A stretch of DNA of 64,000 nt from positions 11,284,001-11,348,000 of the forward strand of contig NC_043021.1 in NCBI RefSeq assembly GCF_006345805.1, in the 5' to 3' direction. Below are positions 49,946 to 63,368 of the stretch, one piece after another. The stretch comes from Octopus sinensis (taxonomy: Eukaryota). Position numbers and translations under genes: made by a program. Within the stretch, counting starts at the first letter, position 1, and each line of letters begins with the position of its first letter. A model generated the notes under the pieces. It ran no database searches and was not told where the DNA came from. It saw nothing but the letters and a program-made list of their open reading frames with translations.

Positions 49946-52900
49946 TATAGAAGTGTATTCATCATCATCATTTAATGTCTATTGTCCATGCTGGTATAGG
50001 TTGGACGGTGTGACCAGAGCTTGCAAGTTGGGGTGTCTGCACCAGACTCCAGTTGGATTCGGCATGGTTTCTATGGGTGGATGCCCTTCCTAATGCCAAC
50101 CACTCTACAGAGCATGTTCTTCTTGTCTTGTCTTGAGACAGCATTCACCCGGGATGGGTTGAGCTGGTTTCATTCCTTGTTCGCTTTCCAGACATTTGTA
50201 CATTACTGCATATGCTTTACATGCACTTTTGACAAGCTGTGGTGCACCTGAGCACTGTATACAATGATTTCGTTATTAAATAAATTTGAAATCAATAATA
50301 ATAATAAGACACGAGATGGTCAAAATAGTAGTGTATTGTACTGAACACTTTTACAGAATTGATATTTCATCAGTTTTAGTCAACAGTTCAAATCCCACCG
50401 CAGTATATAAATTTTTTTTTTCTTTTCATTTTGCCAGTGGAAGGTAGCTTCACAATTTATATACCAGTAATATACAAGAGCCAGCTTCAATTAAAAAAAA
50501 AAAAAGATCGGCCTAATGCCTAATCAAAATAAAGCGGAATTATAATAATAATAATCATTATTTGCAGGGTGGCGGTACCATAGCCAATGAGGGTTATCCG
50601 AGGTATGGCTATTGCTAGATGTAAATTATTATTATTATTATTATTATTATTCAGTAGTCTCGTTTTTTTATCACGTGTTTCCACAGCACTAGTGAGCGCA
50701 GCTCTGGTTGCCTTGGATTGGATTTGTGCTGTGGTGTTGTTATTTTCACTGTACTGAAAGTGCTTTACGTAAGATGTGTAGGGTACCTAGTAGTGTTATT
50801 TTCTGTATGTTATTTATATTCGTAAGTAGTGGTGTTTCGGTTATGTATTTGTCTTCATCGTTATTATTATTAAGTGATGGAGAGGTGAAAATAGTAAAGC
50901 ACCAGACCAAACATACTGCAATATTTGGGTAAAACCCTCACAAACCACTACCACCACCATAACCACCGATTTCTTTGCGAGTTCAAATCCTGCCAGGTCA
51001 AACTTAAAACTTTCGTTATCCCACCAGAATTTTGATGAATGCAAGCACATTGATAAGAGACAGAATCAAATAGGGGGTAATTAATTCCTTGTTCCCTTCG
51101 AATTTAGTCTTGAGGCAAAAGTAAGGAAGCATAGTTATTGGGGTCATTTGTGAAAACAAAAAGGCTAGCACTCAATTGTGGCAAAAGTGGTTAGCATTAA
51201 TGGATCTACTCTAAGTATGCACCAGTAGATTTGAGAACAATAGTTGGGTAAGGGCTTGTGCCCTAAGGGGTCAGGATGATTGTGGATCTGTTCCTTAATA
51301 GGCTCTGGTTGGAAGCTCTCCTGAATCAGGGGGACTACATCATAGATATGTTTACATATTTGGCATACTATATATATGTATATATATTCTTCTCTTTTAT
51401 TTGTTTCAGCCATTTTGACTGTGGCCATGTTGGAGCACTGCCTTTAGTCGAATAAATCAACCCCAGGACTTATTCTTTGTAAGCCTAGTACTTATTCTAT
51501 CAGACTTTTTTGCTGAACCTCTAAGTTACAGGGACGTAAACACACCAACATCAGTTGTCAAGTGATGGTGGGGGGACAAACACAGACACACATACATATA
51601 TACGACGGGCTTCTTTCAGTTTCCAGCTACCAAATCCACTCGCAAGGCTTTGGTCGGCCTGAGGCTATAGTAGAAGACACTTGCCACGCAGTGGGACTGA
51701 ACCCAGAACCATGTGGTTGGGAAGCAAGCTACACATAAATATATTATTTCATTTCCTCCTCTCCTCTTTTTTCTTACACTCATCTTTTACATAAACACCA
51801 CAACAAACTGTAAATTGTCCCTGTAACGTCTCCATCTTATGCCCATGTGGCAAATAAATTAAATCATTATCATTATTATTAATTTATAATTATTATTATT
51901 ATTATTATTATTGATGTATGGATGATGCATATTAGCCTTTCCGGAACACACAAAGGATCTTTAACTTCACTTAAACATCCATTATTCGTAAAACAGTCAA
52001 CATTCTTCATCGGAGTGGCTGTGTGGTAAGTAGCTTGTTTACCAACTACATGGTTCCGGGTTCAGTCCCACTGCGTGGCACCTCGGGCGAGTGTCTTCTA
52101 CTATAGCCTCGGGCCGACCAAAGCCTTGTGAGTGGATTTGGTAGATAGAAACTGAAAGAAGCCCATCGTATATATGTATATATATATATGCGTGTGTGCA
52201 TGTATGTTTGTGTGTCTGTGTTTGTCCCCCTAGCATTGTTTGACAACCGATGCTGGTGTGTTTATGTCCCCGTAACTTAGCGGTTTGGCAAAAGATACCG
52301 ATAGAATAAGTACTGGGCTTACAAAAGAATAAGTCCCGGGGTCGAGTTGCTCGATTAAAGGTGGTGCTCTAGCATGGCCGCAGTCAAATGACTGAAACAA
52401 GTAAAAGAGTAAAAGCGTAAAAGAGACAGAAACATAGCAGTTTCTTGCAATAAATGTTTCTAGATCAAAACGTTTTTATGGGCCCTTAAAATACTACTGC
52501 ACACATAATTTACTATTTTGCTTATGTGGACCCCAGCTGAGAACAACTAGTGTAGAGGGTCTGTATAACAACCCACATCCAGTGGACTAAATGTAAAAAA
52601 GAGAGAGAGAACATAATCAGCAGGAGTTGCAAAGAAACAGATAAAGGCAATAAGGTGCCAAGGGGGCCACACAAGGCACAAGGTGAGTAAAAGAGGGTGA
52701 TTACATAGGAGGGAGTTAAGGAGACTATTATTATCATTATTATTATTATTATTGAGTGAGAGAGCAGTGCATGCCATCATAGTGACACTGGGGTAAAATA
52801 TACGAAACCCAGTATACCCATCATGACTACCCGTCTGATAAGGGTACACTAGGCACATGCATCACAGCCATATGTGTGCAACATGGTGATCTCATATCAA

Positions 52901-53541
52901 GATAAACAGCACGTGACCTTCCAGGTGGGGCCCAGTTAGAATTTTCTTCTGCTCGAGTAGCCCATCCCGCTCAAAAGGTCCCTGAATAAGGGTTGTTTAA
53001 GGATGTTGAACGAAACACCCATGTTTCCAAAGGTGAATTATCCAAACCTCTAAAAATTCCTTTCAACACACAGCTATGATGCGCCCCCACTACTTCTGTT
53101 CGTGGTCAGAGATGCACATATCGTCAGCCACTAACGGACATGCTCAACTGGTCAAGATCAAGCAATTGACAAGCAAATCTGTGGTACTGAGCAGAATATT
53201 TGCTGTAGTCCATCTTTTATACCAAGACAAAACAATGTACATGATAACACTTCCAATCAGTTAAGATCAGAAGCCACGAGAGCCACTGCCTGGTACTGCA
53301 TCAGGGCATGTATTATTATTATTATTATTATTGTCATCATTATCAAGTCGATTAAATCACACTCTCGCTTTTCCCCAGCTATTTCACTGGTAATTATTTA
53401 TCAAGTGGTACAATTAACTTAATCAATTTTAATTGATGGCAGTCTTTCCCACCCACACCATGAATATATTTGGCATTGTGTTTACTCAAGAAGTCATGGA
53501 GTTCATTCTTTCTCACCAAACTTTGTACACAGTATATATAT

Positions 53542-53586
<45 letters not shown>

Positions 53587-53590
53587 TGTG

Positions 53591-53624
<34 letters not shown>

Positions 53625-53998
53625 TATACACAAATATATATATGTATGTATATTATATATTATATACATATATACCTACAAATATATATATATGTATACA
53701 CGAATATATATAAAAAAATATATATATATATACACATACACATACATACACACACAGCTAACATGACCTCTTGCAAAAGTTCTTCACCACCCCACTAGCA
53801 AAATAACTCGGTAAACTTCTAGAAAGACTCTAAATTTTGGTGGTGGTCACAGGTTCAATTTCAGTCTCTTGTTATCGCATACTTCCTTTTTGTTTGTTGT
53901 TGATGGAGGTGGTGGTGGTGGTGGTGATGGTGATGGTGGTGGTGTGTGTGTGTGTGTGTGTGCTTGTGTTTCTTTTTTCTTTTTTTTTTCTCATTATC

Positions 53999-54190
53999 TT
54001 ATTTTCGTCGGAGTCTGTCTGCTCGTTCCAGGCGGTCTTCAGGATCCTCGTCACTATGGTAACCACCGCCCAGAGCGGCAATGCCTCCCCGGGTGACCTT
54101 CATCAACTCGGCATCAGGACCCTTGTCAAAGTTCTCGTACAACAGGACGTTGAGAGTCTCTTCGAATATTCTGGCTTTGGGGTATTCCAC
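53999..54190 (-). CDS. KCTD10: KCTD10/BACURD exon 5 and stop
   Basis: tttcag|VEYPKARIFEETLNVLLYE...RLRRK*; total CDS 864 nt = 287 aa. The gene would be co-orthologous to vertebrate KCTD10/KCTD13/TNFAIP1. Confidence 0.92.
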   Translation of the reverse strand: MEYPKARIFEETLNVLLYENFDKGPDAELMKVTRGGIAALGGGYHSDEDPEDRLERADRLRRK

Positions 54191-54214
54191 CTGAAACGAC
54201 AATTATCAATAAAT

Positions 54215-54506
54215 AAGCTGACAGACAGACAGGTAGGTAGATAGATTGACTGACAAATAGATAGATAAATAGGTAGGTAGGTAGGTAGGTAGGTGGGTAG
54301 ATAAGTAGATTGATAGATAGATATATAGACAGATAGATAAATAGGTAGGTAGGTAGATAAGTAGATTGATACATAGATAAATAGGTAGGTAGGTAGATAA
54401 GTAGATAGATAGACAGACAGACAGATAGATAGGTAGGTAGGTAGGTAGGCAGATAGATAGATAGATAGACAGATAGATAGGTAGGTAGGCAGGTAGACAA
54501 ACATAC

Positions 54507-54538
<32 letters not shown>

Positions 54539-54760
54539 GCAGGTAGGCAAACATAGATAGATAGATAGATATATAGATAGACAGACAGACTGGTAGGTAA
54601 ATACGTAGGTAGGGAGGTAGGTAGATAAATAGATTGCTAGCTAGATAGATCAATAAACAACTAGCTCGATAGATAGATAGATAGACAGACAGACAAATAA
54701 AGAGATCAAACAACAGACAGACAGACAGAGACATACATAAACAGACTAACAGATTTATCA
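54215..54760. repeat. (GATA/GGTA/GACA)n compound microsatellite beside the last KCTD10 acceptor
   Basis: Read directly; it is the source of the YLPTYLSI-type spurious ORFs. Confidence 0.92.
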
Positions 54761-55900
54761 TCATCATCATCATCATTTAACGTCCGTTTCCATGCTGGCA
54801 TGGGTTGGACGATTCGACTGTGGTCTAGAAAGCCAGGAGGCTGCACCAGGCCCCAATCTAATCTGGCAGTGTTTCTACAGCTAGATGCCCTTCCTAACAC
54901 CAACCACTCCAAGAGTGTTGTGGGCGCTTTTTACGTGCCACCGGCACAGGGGCCAGAAGAGCTGGCATTGACCACAATCAGATGGTGTTTTTTATGTGCC
55001 ACCGGCACAGAAGCCAGTCAAAGTGGCACTGGTATCAGCCACATTCAGATGGTGCTTTTTATGTGCTACCAGCACGGGGCTCACAAGGTTCAATTCATAT
55101 CCCTAATTTATATCACTTTGACCATCCTGACAGATTTGCTTGCCATTTCTAACAGCAAAATACAACCACATAGAAGCTGTCCACTGGCTAAAAAAACAAT
55201 ACCCTTGCATACCATACTATTCTTCATACACACACACACACAAAACCATACTAGAGCAAGCCCACTACCTATTAGTTTTAATATAAAGAGAAAAAAGACA
55301 TGATAGTACTTGTTAAAAAAAAACATTGTAGTAGCTGTTTAGCCCAGATCAGCTCTGAGTGAGCAGACCTATGATCAAAAGCATTCCAGCCATGACCATC
55401 TCACTTTTTTTTTTTTGCATATCTTGGACGACACGTGTTCTAAGGTGGTAACTCTTTTACTTGTTTCAGTCATTTGACTGCGGCCATGCTGGAGCACCGC
55501 CTTTAGTCGAGCAAATCAACCCCAGGACTTATTCTTTATAAGCCTAGTACTTATTCTACCGGTCTCTTTTGCCGAACTGCTAAGTTATGAGAATGTAAAC
55601 ACACCAGCATCAGTTGTCAAGCGATGTTGGGGGAACAAACACAGACACACAAACATATACACAAACATACAGTTTCCGTCTACCAAATCCACTCACAAGG
55701 CTTTGGTCAGCCCAAGGCTATAGTAGAAGACACTTGTTCAAGGTGCCACGCAGTGGGATTGAACCCAGAACCATGTGGTTCGTAAGCAAGCTACTTACCA
55801 CACAGCCACTCCTACGCCTATATAAGGTGAAGTTAGAGGAAAATTAGCTGCTATTACTAGCCAGTCGAGTAAATGCATAGAAACTCCATGATTAGCTTAC

Positions 55901-56099
55901 CTTGGTGTTCTTCTTATCAGTTCCATACACGATGGATGTGCAGCAGACTTCTGCAATTTTCTGAGAATGTCCATAGAAATACCAACAGCAGATTTCTGCG
56001 GTTCCAAAGACATCTTTTATGAGCAAGAGTCGGCCACCAAACTGAAGTGACAACTTATCAAACAGTTCCAGGTTCTTCAGAAAGTTATCATCAGAATTA
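55901..56099 (-). CDS. KCTD10: KCTD10/BACURD exon 4
   Basis: ttttgcag|[19 protein letters not shown]...EICCWYFYG...[17 protein letters not shown]|gtaagc. Confidence 0.94.
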
Positions 56100-56627
56100 C
56101 TGCAAAAGGAATATATCATTATTGTTTGTGGATGTATGCTTGCATGGGTCAGACAGATATTCATTGAGGCAGATTGCATATGACCAGAAGCCTTTCCTGT
56201 GGCCAACCCTCACCTGTTTCCAAGCAAGGCTAATATCTTCCCCAGAACGTAACGGCAGATGAAATACCGCTAAGTATTTTACCCGGCGTGCTAACATTTC
56301 TTATTTCTTTATTGCCCACAAGGAGTTAAACATAGAGGGGACAAACAAAGGGATTAAATCAATTACATCGGCCCCTGTGCGTAACTGGTACTTAATTCAT
56401 CAACCCCCAAAAGGATGAAAGGCAAAGTCAACCTCGGCGGAATTTGAACTCAGAACATAACGGCAGACGAAATACCGCTAAGCGTTTCGCCCGGCGTGCA
56501 AACGTTTCTGCCAGCTCACTGTGCCTCAATATAATCAATTAACAACCCTCGAATGGTGGTGCCCCAGCGTAGCCACAGTCTAATGCAATCCAAACTAGTA
56601 AAAGGAGAAAATTGAAGACAAACTCAC

Positions 56628-56680
56628 GTTGTGTATGAATACTTGTTGTTGTGTCTATTACAGCTGAGCTTGATCACTGG
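56628..56680 (-). CDS. KCTD10: KCTD10/BACURD exon 3 (53 nt; not in the ORF track)
   Basis: ttcttttcag|PVIKLSCNRHNNKYSYT AC|gtgagt; contains the BACURD motif NRxNNKYSYT. Confidence 0.92.
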
Positions 56681-57167
56681 CTGAAAAGAAAGAGAGAGAG
56701 AGAGAGATAGAGAGTTGATTTCTAACATTGGCAAAAAGCAACAAGAAACAAAGTGGTATAGTTGATTATATCGATCCCAGTACGTGACTGGTATTTTTTT
56801 ATCATTGACCTTCCCAAAAGATGAAAGGCAAAACTGAAATCAAAAAAGAACACAAAGGGTTGTAAGTAAATACCACAAGGCATTTTATCTGGCACTTAAC
56901 TGATTCTGCTGACTGACTATGATGATGATGATAATGATAATAATAATAATCCTTTCTACTAAAGTTACAAGGCCTGAAATTTGGTGGAAGGGGACTAGTT
57001 GATTACATCGACACCAGTGGTACTTAATGCTGGTACTTAATTTATCGACCCCGAAAGGATGAAAGGTAAAGTCAACCCAGGCGGAATTTGAACTCAGAAC
57101 ACGTATGCCAACAAAATGCCGCTAAGCATTTTGCCTGGCATGCTAACAATTCTCCCAGCTCACTGCC

Positions 57168-57215
<48 letters not shown>

Positions 57216-57870
57216 AATGATGATAATGATAATAATAATAATAATAATAATGATGATGATGATGATGATGATGATGACCACTAAACCTGTGCCAATATCC
57301 ATTATAGTAACACAGCCTCTGAAAACAAATCAAAACCTGGTTGATTTCAGGATGGTTTTTCAAGTAACAATGGTTGACTCTATCGAAAGTTTTCCGCTGA
57401 TCTAAAGCGATCAGAGACCCACAGAAGCCAGTTTTGTTCCCAATCCTCTCTATGATGGAATGCCTCAAGTGGGGGGTGTCATGGATGGACCTGGCAGAAA
57501 CGTTAGCACGCCAGGCGAAATGCGTAGCCGTATTTCGTCTGTCGTTATGTTTTGAGTTCAAATTCCGCCGAGGTCGACTTTGCCTTTCATCCTTTCGGGG
57601 TCGATAAATAAAGTACCAGTTACGCACTGGGGTTGATATAATCGATTTATCCCTTTGTCTGTCCTTGTTTGTCCCCTCTATGTTTAGCCCCTTGTGGGCA
57701 ATAAAGAAATATATTTTGGATTGTGCAAACTGGCGCTTCCTTGATCAGATGACTGATGACAAGAACTAACCTTTTCGCCAACACTTTGGGCTGAAAATTG
57801 CCTCTCAAGGGTCACTAAAAAAAAACGAGGAAATGAGTGGTCACACCTAGTTTGGGTGGTTTGCACTTCT

Positions 57871-58423
57871 TTCTTTATTGCCCACAAGGGGCTAGACACA
57901 GAGGGGACAAACAAGGACAGACAAAGGAATTAAGTCGATTGCATCGACCTCAGTGCGTAACTGGTACTTAATTTATTGACCCCAAAAGGATGAAAGGCAA
58001 AGTCGACCTCGGCGGAATTCGAACTCAGAACGTAACGGCAGACAAAATACCTATTTCTTTACTACACACATAGGGGACAAACAAGGACAGACAAAGGGAT
58101 TAAGTCGATTACATCGACCTCAGTGCGTAACTGGTACTTAATATATCGACCCCGAAAGGATGAAAGGCAAAGTCGACCTCAGAACGTAACAGCAGACAAA
58201 ATACCTATTTCATTACTACACACAGAGGGGACAAACAAGGACAGACAAAGGGATTAAGTTGATTACATCGACCTCAGTGCATAACTGGTACTTAATATAT
58301 CGACCCCGAAAGGATGAAAGGCAAAGTCGACCTCAGCGGAATTCGAACTCAGAACGTAACGGCAGATGAAATACCGCTAAGCATTTCGTCCAGCAAGCTA
58401 ACGATTCTGCCAGCTCGCTGCCT
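57871..58423 (-). mobile_element. SINE family B, head-to-tail trimer. Dozens of single copies, e.g. 1512-1733, 3508-3942, 34180-34390, 48165-48388, 57490-57710
   Basis: Consensus gctggcagaaacgttagc...gagttcaaattccgccgaggtcgactttgcctttcatcctttcggggtcgataaa...; B-box-like GAGTTCAAATTCC; three consecutive units. Confidence 0.88.
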
Positions 58424-58579
58424 TCGTGGTCTACACTAAATATTCTACAAAGTCATGCCAGCTTTGTTTGGCAACCACATGGCAGTCATCTACGCAAATG
58501 GAAGCAAAAAGCAGGAATTCAGCACGCTGTGAACCAGGGAGTGTAACAATACCGAAAAAGGAAACTAAGAAATACTTAC

Positions 58580-58833
58580 TTTTCTGGAAGAGATGAACAG
58601 TAGATGTTCCTCTTCAGCGGAGGTCAATAAAGGAACGACACATTTCAACTGGATTTTCTTCTTCTTCAGTGCTGTTTCTATAATATTCTGTAGTTCTTGA
58701 ATCATGTAGTATTTAGCTTCAGCATTTAGTTCTGTCAGTTCTGCTTTGCTTTCTGGCAATGGCACTGAACCATCTCGCAGAAAGTTCAAAATGGTTTCAA
58801 AATATTTACCATTCCGTTCAATGATAACAAAAC
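58580..58833 (-). CDS. KCTD10: KCTD10/BACURD exon 2
   Basis: tccag|GT FVIIERNGKYFETILNFLRDGSVPLPE...EAKYY...SSRK|gtaagt; phase 1 to 0. Confidence 0.92.
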
Positions 58834-60331
58834 CTGGATAAGAAGGATTATAAAAAGAAAGCAAAACAATGAAAATTTTCATTTATTGGACAACTGATTG
58901 AAAACTGGTTTCAAATTTTGGCACAAGGCCAGAAGCTTTTCGGAGAAGGGGGTAAGTTGATTACATCAACCCCCAGTACTTGAATGGTACTTGTTTTATC
59001 AAGCTCAAAAGGATGACAGGCAAAGTCGACCTCAGTAGAATTTGAACTCAGAACAAATGCCGCTAAGCATTTTGCCCAGCATGCTAATGATTCTGCCATA
59101 ATGGTTTCAAATTTTGCCACAAGGGCAGCAATCTTGGGAGAGGAGAGGAGTCGATTACATTGACCCCAGTGTATAACCGGTACTTACTTCATCAACATCA
59201 AAAGGGTAAAAAAAAAGCAAAGTCAACCTCAGCAGAATTTGAACTCAGAACATAAAGATGGACAAAATGCCGCTAAGCATTTTGCTCAGCATGCTAACGA
59301 TTCTGCCAACTCGTCACCTCAATAACTGATATATTATTCCTCATTGTTAATTTTGCGTCTGCTTTTCTATGCTGGCATGAGTTGGATTGGTCATCATATT
59401 CTGAGTGGTTCATATGCAGAGAAGCTGCTCTCCTACACAAGCTCTGGCCATGTGTTGGACCACATCTTGATCAAAGTGTTCCAGTTTGGTATGGTGTCAA
59501 TGGATAGTCTTCCTAACACGACGCACTAACAAATAAACAACCAAATCTTCCGAAATTACACCTTTTCTTAAGGAAGAAAACTGCCATCGGATAATATGGT
59601 TTGAAATAACGTGGTTTCCATACATTCAAACCTTTAGCATTCTGTCAAATATAATGCTTATTTATTCACATTGTTTAGAATTAATCTTGTAGCTTAAAAA
59701 AATAGTTAATCATAGATGCTAGGGACAATTCATTTGACTAAAAACCCTTCAAAGCGGTGCCCCAGCATGGCCACAGTCAAATGACTGAAACATAAAAAAG
59801 ATATAAGAAACACTTGAATTGATTTGTTTGACTAAAAACCCTTCGAAGCGGTGCCCCAGCAAGGCCGCAATCTAGTGCTTGACACTAATAGATAGGGCCT
59901 CATGATCAAAGATGATAGGGGACCCTGCAGCCACCACCAAACATAATGTGTTACCTGTCATTCTGTAACTGAACATTTGGATATTAAGTCATAATTCAGG
60001 TTCATGTTGTACATCACCCTGTGAAGGCGTGCAACCTTGTGGTTAGGGTGTTGCACTAATGACTGTAAGAACGTGGTTTCAATTCCTGGACTGGGCGGTG
60101 AGTTGTGTTCTTGAGTAAAAAAAAATTCATTTCACGTCGTTCCTGTCCATTTAGCCGTAAATTAGTAGTCCTGCGATGGATTGAATCCTGTTCATGGGGA
60201 ATGTTATTACCTCGGTCACTTACACGCCATGGAAACTGAGTAACCAGCCTCATGATTCTTAAGACTCAAAGATGGTAATGTCCAGGGGACTCGTTTACTA
60301 GTCCTGTGAGTCAATCAATTTCGTTTGATAA

Positions 60332-60729
60332 TCTCTCTATATATAAAGCTGAAGTTGTCTGTATATGGCAGGTTTGGTAGCCTTCAACTAACGCTATCTC
60401 CTCCGAGACCCTGTGGCACAAGTTGACCAAAATTGAGAGTATGATAGAAGAAGGCTTGCTCTTCATTCCGTAGAAGAAAAAATTTAAATCGGACCATGTT
60501 AAGACCAAAAATTATTTACATCAAAAAGGTGCTTTTTTTCTATGAAAATCCTTATTTTTTACGATTTTTTGACTGCTGTGTCGCCATGTTTTGGTGTATT
60601 TCAACCAGAAAAATGTTCACTTAAAGAGAATAACAAGCTACATAATGCAAAATTTTTACTTTTCAAAACTTCCAATTCTAAAGGGTCGAAAAGGAAACAA
60701 ACCCGAGCTACGCCGGGCGATACTGCTAG
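60332..60729 (+). mobile_element. Non-autonomous Helitron, same 3' terminus as 36971
   Basis: A|TC start (atctctctatatataaag); ends acaaacccgagctacgccgggcgatactgctag|t. Confidence 0.75.
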
Positions 60730-60915
60730 TAACCAAATAAAGAAAAAAGAAAAATAAAACTATCATTGGACAGTGACCATGCCGAGGCACTGCCATGAAG
60801 AGTTTTAGTATTTAAGCCTGGTACTTATTCTATCGGTCTCTCACATCGAACCGCTATATTATGAAGACGTAAACAAACACTTGTAGTCAAGCGGTAGTCG
60901 GGGACAAACACAAAG

Positions 60916-61028
<113 letters not shown>

Positions 61029-61255
61029 TTAAGTAGACAAATGAATTATCTTATTACGGATAATTCGAAAGATAACCGATACCTGGGTAACAAACTCACA
61101 ACAGAAAAAGCACGGTTGAAGTTACGACCATAGGGCATAAACTCCGTGCCTTAGTGCGGAAATTTGAAGTTTAATTTAATATATTAAGTATAGGAAAGAA
61201 TGGAGCAGTCATCGAAAAACTTGTTTTGCATTTTGTTGGCGAAATAAGTTCCTGG

Positions 61256-61341
61256 ATTTTCCTGAAGAGAAAGCTGCATAATGGACTCCTTATTCATTCG
61301 GAATTAGGGATTTTGCAGACTTCGAAACATATGTCGAAAAT
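61256..61341 (+). ncRNA. Type I hammerhead ribozyme motif, core intact (Penelope-like-element type)
   Basis: Stem I ATTTTC/GAAAAT; core CTGAAGA; stem II closed by G-C (GAA..CTGCA/TGCAG..TTC); GAAA; palindromic stem III ACATATGT; GTC cleavage triplet; followed by AATAAA. Confidence 0.75.
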
Positions 61342-63202
61342 AAAATAAAGGAATTTTGTTAAATCTTCGTTCAGCTCCATTCTTTCCTATACTTAATATA
61401 TATATATGAATGTATACGCCAGACATCCTTCAGTTTCCGTCTACCAAATCCACTAACAAAGCTTTGGTTGGCCTGGGGCCACAGTAGAAGACACTTGCCC
61501 AAGGTGCCACGTCGTGGAACTATTAATAAAATATATACAACAGAATGGTGCTTGTCCGTCCGATTGTTGAAATGGTTGCTAGCAATTCCCACAGTTAAAA
61601 TACAAGAATTCTCTAAGGTGTATTTCTATAATAGGTCGAAAATAATAATGTTGGTTCCACAGCATCACCAATTCCTAATTGGTTTCTATTTCGAGCAAGT
61701 CTAGCAACTAAGTAGAGGCTTCCTCTTTCGTTACCAGAAACACACGAAAGGCGGATGTTTATTAAATTAAATCTTATCCTTCGTCCCTTAGAATACAAAG
61801 GAGTCAGTATATACCAAAAATGGTGAAACCGCAACTATTTTTGGTATGTAGTCTGCATCCACTGGTAATAATTTTTTTTTTCTATTTTTTTTTAATATCG
61901 ACACAAGGCTAAAATAGTTTGAGGAAAGAGAGCAGTCGTTTATATTGATTTTTATCACAATGTGGTGAGGGGGGGACGGGAAAGAAAGGAATATGGTTGA
62001 ATATATCCACTCTAACACTTGGAAAGGATGGGAAACTAAAGTCGATTTGGTCGACATTCGAACTCACACTCAGATAGATGCAACGAAACACCAGAAATTT
62101 TTCGATTTATAATGATGTGTAATAATAGCTGTTTCGAACTTGGATGCAAAGTCGGCAATTTTCGAGTAGGATTGATGGTGTGTGTGGGGAGGGGCGGGTT
62201 AGTCACTATCATCGATCCGTGTGTATTTTGATTGGAGCTTTTGTTTTATCGATACCAGAAGAAAGGCAAGCGCTGTCCTCGGCTAAAGTGCAACTGAGAA
62301 CTTTAAAAAAAGTTGGAACAAATAATATTCCAAGGCACTTTGAGGGGGGGGGCGTTTTAACGGTTCTGCCAAATCCACATTCTTTTAATAATAATAATAA
62401 CAACAACAAGTTAACTGATTTTGTACCTACACATACATATAGATACATATACGCGAAACACACATACACCAAATATTTATCAGTTTAAGATAAATCTCAT
62501 TCCAACATATGACGAATAATACCAAATATTTAAATACTTAATGATAAAATATTTAAGGTAACACTTTTCATAATCGTCAAATTAGACATGTTCTTTCTAC
62601 GATAAGCATAAGGTCTGGAAATAGAGGGAGCAAGTCAATTACCTTGACCCCCACCAGTGCTTAAGTAATATGTACTTATTTATCAACATTGATAGGATGA
62701 AAGACAAAGTCGACCTCGGTAATAATAATAATAATAATGGTTTCTTTATTCACCACTAAAGATGCACACAGTGTCATCTTTTAGATGTGGGCACATTGGG
62801 CAGTTAACTAGGGCCTCACTGATCTAGAGGCCTAATTTTGATTTATATATGATGTAGCTTACTATCTAATGCTATAGGGTCCACTGAACTGATTTGCTCG
62901 TGGGTCTGTAATGGTACTAAGACGGCCCTGTGTTCACACAAAGACCAAGGACGGTACAGGACAACACTATACGAAAAACCCTTCCTGCAATAGGCATAAT
63001 GCCGGAAATATTTTGGGGGAAGGAACTAATTGGTTATATTACCCCTCAGTGCTCAACTGGTACTTATTTTATGGACCCCGAAAGGATAAAAAGCAAAGCA
63101 GACCTCAACAGAATTTGAACTTAGAACGTGCTATAAAAAAAATATATATATATATACATATAATAATATGGTAGCAATAACAAATAATAGCCGGAGTTTT
63201 AC

Positions 63203-63368
63203 CATCAGAATCTCGTACGACTTCCGTTTTTCCAGAAAACATGGACTGCAATCTGTTATTGTGTTTGGTTAAAGTTCCTATAGTGGTGTAATGTAATGTA
63301 CCACCGATGTTGAGTTTAACATAGTTAGACGGTTCTCCGGTAATCTTGGTCAGTTGTTCACCAGACAT
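63203..63368 (-). CDS. KCTD10: KCTD10/BACURD coding exon 1 (BTB start)
   Basis: MSGEQLTKITGEPSNYVKLNIGGTLHYTTIGTLTKHNNRLQSMFSGKTEVVRDSD G|gtaaaa; T1-type BTB motif VKLNxGG. An acceptor 5 nt before the ATG implies a 5' UTR intron. Confidence 0.88.

Noticed and set aside
54103-54776. Periodic YLPTYLSI ORFs up to 216 aa
   Set aside because: They are tetranucleotide microsatellite translations.
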